NCBI GenBank assembly: GCA_036507075.1
Contig: DASXQR010000175.1
Span: forward strand, 1-20,531
Length of the DNA: 20,531 nucleotides
Origin: Acidobacteriota bacterium
GTDB taxonomy: Bacteria; Acidobacteriota; UBA6911; JACQSX01
Reading direction: 5' to 3'
The stretch's first letter is position 1; each line of letters opens with the position of its first letter. The position numbers were made by a program, and so were the translations under genes. This document shows, piece after piece, positions 7,781-14,400 of the stretch. The notes under the pieces were generated by a model. It made no database searches and had not been told where the DNA came from. It worked only from the letters and a program-made list of their open reading frames with translations.

Positions 7781-9022
7781 TCATGGGAGGACGGTAATGG
7801 TGGCCGGAACGGGGATGAATGAGCCGCCGTGATCGTTTGCCTCACGATGGGCCCGCACGCCGGTGATTTTCCACGTTCCTGGCGCAGCGGACGCAGGTAT
7901 GGTGTGAGTTGCTGACGCCCCCTGCTGCCAGTTCTGGGCAATCTCGTCGGGCGTGGTTCCCAGCTTCCGAAAGCGGACATCAAAATATGTTTGTGCAGAA
8001 AGGTTCGCACCGGCGAACGTGGTCGTAAACATGTTCCCCAACCGCACGGTCGCTGGATCAAAAACGATGCTATTGACTGCCGGATCGGCAGTCGTGGGCA
8101 GGGGGGTGTTATCGGAAAGAAATGACCCGATGTTATCGCGGGCAGCGGGCCAAAAAAGCTGGTTACTCACACCGGGATAGCGGAAAGCACGAATTCGTGC
8201 CTGTGTCGATGGCAGCGTCAGGTACTTCTGGAGCGCAAAAGCGCCAGCGACGTTCACACCCGGAATTTTTTCCGGATTCACAAGGACAGTCATCATCATC
8301 CGCTGCAACACCGAGTCGTCCAGCACGAGCGCTTCCAGCTTTGAGGTGACGTTCTCCTTGAATTTGAGAAATGGAATAATGCCCCAGAGAACATAGGCCT
8401 CTGTTCTATCCGCAGCCTGAATTGCCGGCTGATCTCTCAATCCTGTATCGGTGTACCAGCCTGTCTGATCCGGCCGGCCGGCGGCTTCCCACAAAATCTG
8501 TGCGAGATACTTCTCGGTTGCTGCATTGTTCACGACAAATCGTGACTTGGTCTGAGCAATGCGGCGAAACGCTTCAACGGCATCAATCAGCCCCCGAATA
8601 CCTGCGCGATCCGATGAAGGTCCGATGATCACTGCTTGATTGGCAAACACAACGCGGGGCCAAAGCCCCAAGCCGTCCGACATGAAATCATCGACGCCGG
8701 CATGGCCGTAATGGGAAAGGACCAGGTCCGCTGCGCCCTGCCGTGCAAAGTTATACACCAGGTCTCCCTTTTGATCGACATCCACGCGATACCCTGTGGC
8801 TCTCTCAAAATCCGGCAACAGGTCCGTTAGAAGGCCGCTGTCTACGGGGACATTAACAACCTGCAGGCGAATCACCGTAGATTGGCCCCGTACGGTTGGA
8901 GACGCTGACAATACCAAGCCCGCGATAACCGCTAAGGGAGACAAGGCGGAGATCGCACATGCTGTCCAGGCTGAAAAACAATGGCGCCACATTGATTTAG
9001 AGAAGATATAAGAGTTGTTCAT
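7781..9022 (-). CDS. Divergent TupA-like (tungstate ABC-type) substrate-binding domain protein with a C-terminal Ig-like beta domain
   Basis: DSGLLTDLLPDFERATG..V, G.ADLVLSH, IIGPSSDRAGIRG..AVEAFRRIA, LVNPEKIPGVN resemble TupA. Signal peptide present; GGAGG SD (9035-9031) upstream of ATG 9022. Confidence 0.75.
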   Translation of the reverse strand: MNNSYIFSKSMWRHCFSAWTACAISALSPLAVIAGLVLSASPTVRGQSTVIRLQVVNVPVDSGLLTDLLPDFERATGYRVDVDQKGDLVYNFARQGAADLVLSHYGHAGVDDFMSDGLGLWPRVVFANQAVIIGPSSDRAGIRGLIDAVEAFRRIAQTKSRFVVNNAATEKYLAQILWEAAGRPDQTGWYTDTGLRDQPAIQAADRTEAYVLWGIIPFLKFKENVTSKLEALVLDDSVLQRMMMTVLVNPEKIPGVNVAGAFALQKYLTLPSTQARIRAFRYPGVSNQLFWPAARDNIGSFLSDNTPLPTTADPAVNSIVFDPATVRLGNMFTTTFAGANLSAQTYFDVRFRKLGTTPDEIAQNWQQGASATHTIPASAAPGTWKITGVRAHREANDHGGSFIPVPATITVLP

Positions 9023-9202
9023 TGGCTGGACCTCCGTGTTACTGCACAATTGGGATGGATTAACCCTAACATAACCTTCGCCCTTTCCACTCCCTCTCCT
9101 TTCGAATCGATGACGGGTCTCCGATGTTTAATGATCTGGAATGAAAAACGTTTCATCCATCACCATTCGAAAATGCCTCGCGCCCCTATTTCACCGGTCG
9201 CA

Positions 9203-9211
9203 TGTTATGAT
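9203..9211 (+). promoter_or_regulatory. Extended -10 promoter candidate for the 9231-11925 operon
   Basis: TG-T-TATGAT about 20 nt upstream of ATG 9231. Confidence 0.45.
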
Positions 9212-9230
9212 CACACTTGGATCAGGACTG

Positions 9231-9548
9231 ATGCCTAAAGCGCTGCCTTTCCTGTTGATGCTGATAGTCTTAATACCGACTACGATCGGCGCAGGCACCT
9301 GCCCGCAGCGTCAAGTTGCGCCGGATTGTGAGGAGGCGCCCGCGTGCTGCGCGCAAGATCGTTCGGTAGATGGTCACTGCGCCACCTGCTCGAGTTTGCT
9401 GGCACTCCCAGAACACAGAGACAGCACGCCCACCGTGACTTTCTTCGTAGCTGTCATAATCTTTCCAGTGGCGCTTAACGAAGTTCCTCCCCAGCTCTTT
9501 GGGGTATGGATGCCCCTTCCGCCCGACGCCCGAATTTTGCGGATTTAA
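9231..9548 (+). CDS. Small Cys-rich protein with N-terminal hydrophobic segment, ending PP...LRI (copy 2; putative leader/arrest peptide)
   Basis: MPKALPFLLMLIVLIPT, C, C, CC, HCATC, C-terminal PLPP-DARI-LRI*; ends 57 bp upstream of the thioredoxin gene. Confidence 0.7.
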   Translation: MPKALPFLLMLIVLIPTTIGAGTCPQRQVAPDCEEAPACCAQDRSVDGHCATCSSLLALPEHRDSTPTVTFFVAVIIFPVALNEVPPQLFGVWMPLPPDARILRI

Positions 9549-9605
9549 TAACCGTAGACCCCTCAAACAAGCTCCATTAACCATCGAACCGAACATGGGG
9601 AGTCT

Positions 9606-10211
9606 ATGTCTGTGCGTTGGAAGTTTTTGATGCTGTATCTTCCTTTGTCCATCGCTCTGTTACGGGCGGATGTAGCCACGCCTGATCTTGCGCTGCAGAA
9701 CGTTCACGGCGAGACGGAACGCCTGGCTGATTTTCGCGGGCGTATCGTCGTGTTGAACTTCTGGGCAACTTGGTGTAAGCCTTGCCAGAAAGAATTGCCT
9801 ATTCTGGTGGCATCGCACGCGAGCTATGCGCAGCGGGGAGTGGAGTTCATTGCGGCATCCCTTGATGATTCAGAAACGCGCAAGGACGTGCCCGATTTCG
9901 TGCAACGGTACCGGATTCCGTTTCGCGTGTGGGTTGGCGCAACACCCGAGCAGCAGGCAAAGCTCCACCTGGCCAAAGCTCTTCCTGCCACTGCGATTGT
10001 CGATCGTGACGGGACGGTTGCCTTTCGCATCATCGGTGAAGCTCGAAGCGAGGTCCTGACCGAGCGCCTGGAATGGCTTCTCTCCCAGCGAGAAGGCCTC
10101 CGCCCCTCGGAACTGGTGCTTCCACCGGGGATCACGCCCGAGCATTTTCGTGAACATGAGCTTGGCCTTGAGGACAAGCATGAAGAAGCGGAATCAGAGG
10201 TTCCGTCGTGA
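9606..10211 (+). CDS. TlpA/ResA-family thiol-disulfide reductase (possibly the N-terminal part of a selenoprotein extending to 10763)
   Basis: Signal peptide; VVLNFWATWCKPCQKELP active site; LPATAIVDRDG cis-Pro loop; GGGGAG SD; His/Glu-rich tail. Confidence 0.9.
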   Translation: MSVRWKFLMLYLPLSIALLRADVATPDLALQNVHGETERLADFRGRIVVLNFWATWCKPCQKELPILVASHASYAQRGVEFIAASLDDSETRKDVPDFVQRYRIPFRVWVGATPEQQAKLHLAKALPATAIVDRDGTVAFRIIGEARSEVLTERLEWLLSQREGLRPSELVLPPGITPEHFREHELGLEDKHEEAESEVPS

Positions 10212-10222
10212 CCGCTTTGACC

Positions 10223-10256
10223 CGGCGAAGGCCGTGCAGTCCGTGGGACTGCCGCG
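10223..10256 (+). promoter_or_regulatory. Candidate bacterial SECIS hairpins downstream of two in-frame TGA codons
   Basis: CGGC-GAAG-GCCG (10223-10234) begins 11 nt after TGA 10209-10211. GCAGTCC-GTG-GGACTGC (10236-10252) has its loop 22 nt after TGA 10218-10220. Both loops start with G. Confidence 0.55.
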
Positions 10257-10763
10257 ATGTCAGAACGATGGACACTGGGCGTGCGCATTCTGAGTCATCA
10301 GATTGATCGTGCCACGTGGCGAAATACTTTGACGTATCGAATCACGCGCCGGCTGCAAATCGGTGTCGAATACAACCCACTTGCTCCAGATGTGCGTTCC
10401 TTAGTCAACGCCCACTTGCTTACAGAAACGAAGAATCGTCCCGCATTGATCTTCGGAACAAGCTCCGATCGAATCGGGACACCGTCAGGGCAGTCTTTTT
10501 ATCTCACGCTCAGCAAGGACCTGCGCGACTGGACAGGTCTTCGCATTGCGCCCTACGCGGGCGTGGCATACGGGACCTTTGAGGATAGAGCTCGGCCGAT
10601 CGGAGGCATTAATCTCCGCTTCACCCGACGCACATCTGCCCTGGTTATCTTTGACGGGGTGCGCGTGCATCCAACGCTCAACTATCAGACCGGAAGACAC
10701 GTATTGTCGCTCGTTCTGGTGAAAGGCAAAGATCCGGGCGCGAGCTACAGCATTGCATTCTAA
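10257..10763 (+). CDS. Beta-barrel-like hypothetical protein/domain, in frame with the upstream thioredoxin
   Basis: Alternating amphipathic strands (TLTYRITRRLQIGVEYN, PYAGVAYG, GGINLRF, TLNYQTG), C-terminal YSIAF aromatic beta-signal, no signal peptide of its own. Confidence 0.75.
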   Translation: MSERWTLGVRILSHQIDRATWRNTLTYRITRRLQIGVEYNPLAPDVRSLVNAHLLTETKNRPALIFGTSSDRIGTPSGQSFYLTLSKDLRDWTGLRIAPYAGVAYGTFEDRARPIGGINLRFTRRTSALVIFDGVRVHPTLNYQTGRHVLSLVLVKGKDPGASYSIAF

Positions 10764-10771
10764 ACAGCGCT

Positions 10772-11410
10772 ATGGCAGTAGAGTGTGTTAAAACAGGGCA
10801 AACGACCTCATCCCGCACAATCGGTGTTCGGCGCGCCATGCATCTGGCGTCGTTTACCGTTGGTTACAACATTCTCGAGGGATTGGTTTCACTGGTCCTT
10901 GGACATCGCGCCAACTCTATTGCGCTGGTGGGCTTTGGGCTTGATAGCTTTGTCGAAAGCGCATCGGGCTTGATCGTCCTTTGGCGATTCGAGCAGGAAC
11001 GTCGCGGCGGCGATGCTGCATTTCTTGAGTCTCGCGCGCTGCGGTGGATTGGATATTCATTTTTTGTCCTGGCAGCATATGTCACCGCAGAAGGGACCCG
11101 GAAACTCTGGACTCACGACAGGCCTGAATCAACCGTAGGCGGCATCATTCTGGCGCTTGTGTCCTTGGTCGTCATGCCGGTACTCGCGTACAAGAAACGA
11201 CAGACTGGGAGGAGTCTTGAAAGCGTGTCACTTGTCAGTGACTCGAAGCAAACGATTGTGTGCTCACTGCTCTCTCTCACGCTCCTGACCGGATTGGCAC
11301 TCAATGCGTGGCTGGGATGGTGGTGGTGCGACCCTGTCGCCGGGATTTGCATGGTCCCGTGGCTGATCCGAGAGGGCCGAGCGGCGCTCAGCGCCAGGCG
11401 GTGCTGTTAA
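10772..11410 (+). CDS. Cation efflux (CDF-like, transmembrane-domain-only) transporter
   Basis: About 6 TM helices; YNILEG, SIALVGFGLDSFVE, SLVSDSKQT..C, WWWCDPVAG; ends RRCC. Confidence 0.85.
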   Translation: MAVECVKTGQTTSSRTIGVRRAMHLASFTVGYNILEGLVSLVLGHRANSIALVGFGLDSFVESASGLIVLWRFEQERRGGDAAFLESRALRWIGYSFFVLAAYVTAEGTRKLWTHDRPESTVGGIILALVSLVVMPVLAYKKRQTGRSLESVSLVSDSKQTIVCSLLSLTLLTGLALNAWLGWWWCDPVAGICMVPWLIREGRAALSARRCC

Positions 11411-11472
11411 GAGTGGGAGAAATTCGGAAAGCTCAGCCACGGCGCGCTACCGTTAACACTTAGCGAATCACC

Positions 11473-11925
11473 GTGAAAACGACAGTTCTGTTTTTTGCGT
11501 TTCTATTTTTCACCGGGTTTATTTTGAACCTGCTCTGGGAAATGACCCACATGCGCGCTTATGCAGAAATGGCCGGCCGCCCGTGGATTGAAACGTTGCC
11601 GAGATGCACCCTGGCAAGCCTGGGTGACGCAGTTACGACGCTCGGCATCTTCGTCTTTTATGCATTGCTGAGACGGCGCCTTCCTTTAAGCCATCAACTG
11701 AAGAGCATTGATTATCTCTGGTTAGCGCTGCTGGCAATTATTTGGGCGGTAGGTTTCGAGCATTTTGCCCTCTTTACGGGGCGCTGGTCGTACAACCCTC
11801 AGATGCCCGTGATACCGGGCCTCGGAGTGGGGCTTTGGCCGCTCCTTCAGTTGACCCTGTTAGTCCCTCTCTCGGCGTACCTCTCTAAGCTATTCCTCCG
11901 TGCACGACTGCGTGCACGACAGTGA
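11473..11925 (+). CDS. Hypothetical 4-TM membrane protein
   Basis: Four hydrophobic segments; NLLWEMTH, ASLGD, E..AL.TGRWSY...MP, GLWPLLQ; GTG start. Confidence 0.75.
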   Translation: MKTTVLFFAFLFFTGFILNLLWEMTHMRAYAEMAGRPWIETLPRCTLASLGDAVTTLGIFVFYALLRRRLPLSHQLKSIDYLWLALLAIIWAVGFEHFALFTGRWSYNPQMPVIPGLGVGLWPLLQLTLLVPLSAYLSKLFLRARLRARQ

Positions 11926-11997
11926 CAGGCTTGGTTTTACGCGTGGCGATCGCCGAACAGGATGCACATTTTTGATCCGATTCCTGCTCCGCCCAAC

Positions 11998-12026
11998 TTG
12001 ACATTTGTTCCCTCTACCTTTACAGT
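11998..12026 (+). promoter_or_regulatory. Sigma70-type promoter for the LRI-copy-3/cusCBA unit
   Basis: TTGACA (11998-12003), 17 nt, TACAGT (12021-12026). Confidence 0.65.
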
Positions 12027-12091
12027 TCAAAATGAACTTTTGCAACGAAAGGGCTTGCCCGTTCGTCCTATTGACGGACTGGAACTAAAAC

Positions 12092-12499
12092 GTGAACCCA
12101 CTGAGCACTCGAAACCTAGGCCGCGGGCGTTTGATTCTGGGACTGGTGTGCCTCGTTTTCACGGCGGTGGTTTTCGGGCCGGTTCTAGGACTGGTGTGCG
12201 GTTATGGCTCTGATTTGGATCCGAAGAGCTGTTGCAACAGTGGCGCGTGCGCGGGATCTCGTTCTTTCTCCAAAACGCCCGCCGAATGCTGCAAGCAATC
12301 CGAACAGGCAAAGCCGCAAATAGGCATTCACGCCAGTGCTCAGGAATTAAAGACCAGTCTTCAGATCGCCTGGGTCCCTGTTTCCTTTAACCGCTGGAGC
12401 GACGAAGTCAAGTTCGACGTTGCCAGTAACTGGTTTCTCTGCAAGTCGGAATCCCCTCCCGAAACACTCTACGAGATTACTTCTAATCTCCGGATCTGA
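12092..12499 (+). CDS. Small Cys-rich protein with N-terminal hydrophobic segment, ending PP...LRI (copy 3; putative leader/arrest peptide)
   Basis: RLILGLVCLVFTAVVFGPVLGLVC, SCC, ECC, C-terminal SESPP-x9-LRI*; first gene upstream of the cusCBA-like genes. Confidence 0.75.
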   Translation: MNPLSTRNLGRGRLILGLVCLVFTAVVFGPVLGLVCGYGSDLDPKSCCNSGACAGSRSFSKTPAECCKQSEQAKPQIGIHASAQELKTSLQIAWVPVSFNRWSDEVKFDVASNWFLCKSESPPETLYEITSNLRI

Positions 12500-12601
12500 T
12501 CCCTAAAGAGTCTACGTGTGCCGGGCTGCCGGACCTGAAGAGCCCCAGGGCTGCGTAAAAACGGCCGCCCTCATCTGGCAGCGGAACGCACGTTTGCCAT
12601 C

Positions 12602-12788
12602 CATCAGAGCCCGAACGCAGTGAGGAGCCCTCGTACAGAGCCCGAACGCAGTGAGGGGCCCTCGCACAAAGCCCGAACGCGGGACCTTCACAGGAACGAT
12701 CACCGTTGCGCGAATCCGACAAACCGGGAGGGCCGCTCGCTTCGTTCGCGCTCTCGGGAGGGCCGCTCACTTCGTTCGCGCTCTGATG
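12602..12788. repeat. Composite REP/BIME-like element: 2.5 x 31-bp direct units facing 2 x 30-bp inverted units
   Basis: CAGAGCCCGAACGCAGTGAGG(A/G)GCCCTCG(T/C)A at 12605 and 12636, partial at 12667; CGGGAGGGCCGCTC(G/A)CTTCGTTCGCGCTCT at 12725 and 12755; outer ends CATCAGAGC / GCTCTGATG are complementary. Confidence 0.85.
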
Positions 12789-12824
12789 ACGTTAATGTAC
12801 ACATTGGAAATTTTTGGTGACGTA

Positions 12825-14189
12825 ATGATCCATCTGGTGCTTAGAACCATTTTCGTACTTTGTTTGATCTTTCTCAGCGGAATTAGTCCCTGTCTCTCCG
12901 GCACCGAGCAAGAGCGGCTGACTCCCCAGCCGGCTGTGCCCGAATTTCCACATGTGATTCCAATCCCGCCGGCACAACGGGAACAGGAATCGGCCAATGT
13001 CCGCATCGTGACGCTCGATGAGCTGATCGCTGAGGCTCTAGAAAATAATCCCGAGATTGCGGCCGCTCGCAGGCGGTTTGAGGCTGCGACAAAAAGACCC
13101 GGCACCGCCGCCGCCCTGCCCGACCCGACGATCAGCCTGGCTAACTTCGGCGTGGGGCATCCCTTTTCAAGGCCGAACGGCAGCGAATTCGCCTACTACG
13201 GTCTGGGCTTTTCGCAGGAAATACCTTTCCCCGGAAAACTTTCGCTTCGCAAGCAGATCGCGCAAAAGGAGGCGGAAAGCGAACGCCAGATGTTCCGCGA
13301 CGTCGGACTGCGCCTGATTTCAAGCGTCAAACGGGCCTATTACGATCTCTTCCAGGCTTACAAAACGCTGGAGATCCTTGAGAAGAACCGGGACTTTCTG
13401 GAAAAGATCGCCAAGATTACCGAGGCGAAATATCGGGTCGGATCGGGCATTCAACAAGATCTGGTCAAAGCGCAGCTCGAGATCTCTCTGCTGGCGCAGC
13501 GAATCGAAGTGGCCGAGCAGCAGCGTGCCAGCCAGGAAGCCTCGATTCTTGCTTTGCTCCGACGCCCGCTCGATTCAACAGCCACTCGCATAAAGCCCGC
13601 CGAGACCAAACGATCCGAGCTCACCTACAGCGTCGAGCGACTTTTCGAGCTGGCGCGGGAAAACTCTCCACGACTGCGCAGCCGGCGCGAATTGGTGGAG
13701 AGCAAAAACTTCGCGGTGGATCTGGCAAAGAAAGATTACCTGCCGGACTTCAACGCCACCTTCCAGTACCAGAAGACCGGCTCTCACTTTCCCGATTACT
13801 ACATGACGATGGTTGAGGTGAAAGTCCCTCTTTATTTCTGGCGCAAGCAGCGGCTCGGAGTGGAAGAAGCGGCCGCGACACTGGCTCAGTCGCGAAACGA
13901 ATATCAGGCTGAAACACAGGGGTTGTTTTTCGGGATCAAGGACCAATTCCTGCTGGCCAAGACGTCCGAGCGGCTGCTGGCTCTCTACGAGCAAGCCGTC
14001 ATTCCACAGGCCACAACCGGCGTGGAATCGGCGCTCGCAGCTTACGAGAGCGGGAAGGTCGATTTTCTGAATGTTATGAACAGTCTCACCGGAATTCTCA
14101 ATTACGAAATGGACTATTACAAGCAACTGACGGATCAAAAGAAATCGCTGGCGAAGCTGGAGGAATTAGTGGGAGTGCCGCTTACGTGA
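12825..14189 (+). CDS. TolC-family outer-membrane efflux protein (CusC/CzcC-like)
   Basis: Signal peptide from ATG 12825; TLDELIAEALENNPEI, ALPDP, QEIPFPGKL, AYESGKVDFL; directly upstream of the MFP and RND genes. The longer GTG start at 12651 lies in the REP element. Confidence 0.9.
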   Translation: MIHLVLRTIFVLCLIFLSGISPCLSGTEQERLTPQPAVPEFPHVIPIPPAQREQESANVRIVTLDELIAEALENNPEIAAARRRFEAATKRPGTAAALPDPTISLANFGVGHPFSRPNGSEFAYYGLGFSQEIPFPGKLSLRKQIAQKEAESERQMFRDVGLRLISSVKRAYYDLFQAYKTLEILEKNRDFLEKIAKITEAKYRVGSGIQQDLVKAQLEISLLAQRIEVAEQQRASQEASILALLRRPLDSTATRIKPAETKRSELTYSVERLFELARENSPRLRSRRELVESKNFAVDLAKKDYLPDFNATFQYQKTGSHFPDYYMTMVEVKVPLYFWRKQRLGVEEAAATLAQSRNEYQAETQGLFFGIKDQFLLAKTSERLLALYEQAVIPQATTGVESALAAYESGKVDFLNVMNSLTGILNYEMDYYKQLTDQKKSLAKLEELVGVPLT

Positions 14190-14262
14190 CCAGTTGTTAC
14201 AGTCAGGTTGATAGTAGCTGCGCGTGTAACAAGCAGACGCTTGATGTGGCAGTGCTGCGCAC

Positions 14263-14367
14263 TATCCGAACCGCGCGCGTAAGCAAGCGGACTCTGCAGC
14301 TGACACTGCTCATACAGCAAAAAGTGCCACATCGAGAGTCCGCTTGCTTACGCGCGCGGTTCGGATA
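14263..14367. repeat. REPIN-like element with perfect 33-bp inverted arms
   Basis: TATCCGAACCGCGCGCGTAAGCAAGCGGACTCT (14263-14295) and its exact reverse complement (14335-14367), 39-nt spacer. Confidence 0.9.
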
Positions 14368-14400
14368 ACGTGCAGACCAAACAGAACTGAGGAGATTTTC

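Noticed and set aside
7583..7783. Selenocysteine readthrough of the TupA-like gene (TGA-TGC-ACC-TGT, 'UCTC', frame open to 7583)
   Set aside because: The extension would overlap the LRI copy 1 gene and its promoter out of frame, I saw no convincing SECIS, and the protein ends naturally at ATITVLP.
9023..9230. CueR/MerR, CsoR or CusR operator in the divergent promoter region
   Set aside because: No clear dyad or 19-bp-spacer promoter could be identified by eye.
10209..10220. Alternative genetic code (TGA = Trp or Gly), or a pseudogene with two nonsense mutations
   Set aside because: TGA serves as an ordinary stop for other genes here (e.g. 12499, 14189) and no long gene has internal TGA. Two independent nonsense mutations, both TGA and at CxxC spacing, seem unlikely, though not formally excluded.
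11962..12213. 83-aa ORF upstream of LRI copy 3
   Set aside because: It spans the promoter and overlaps the LRI ORF in another frame, with no recognisable features.
12602..12788. CRISPR array
   Set aside because: Units are directly adjacent with no unique spacers, the two halves are inverted, and there are no cas genes; this fits a REP composite.
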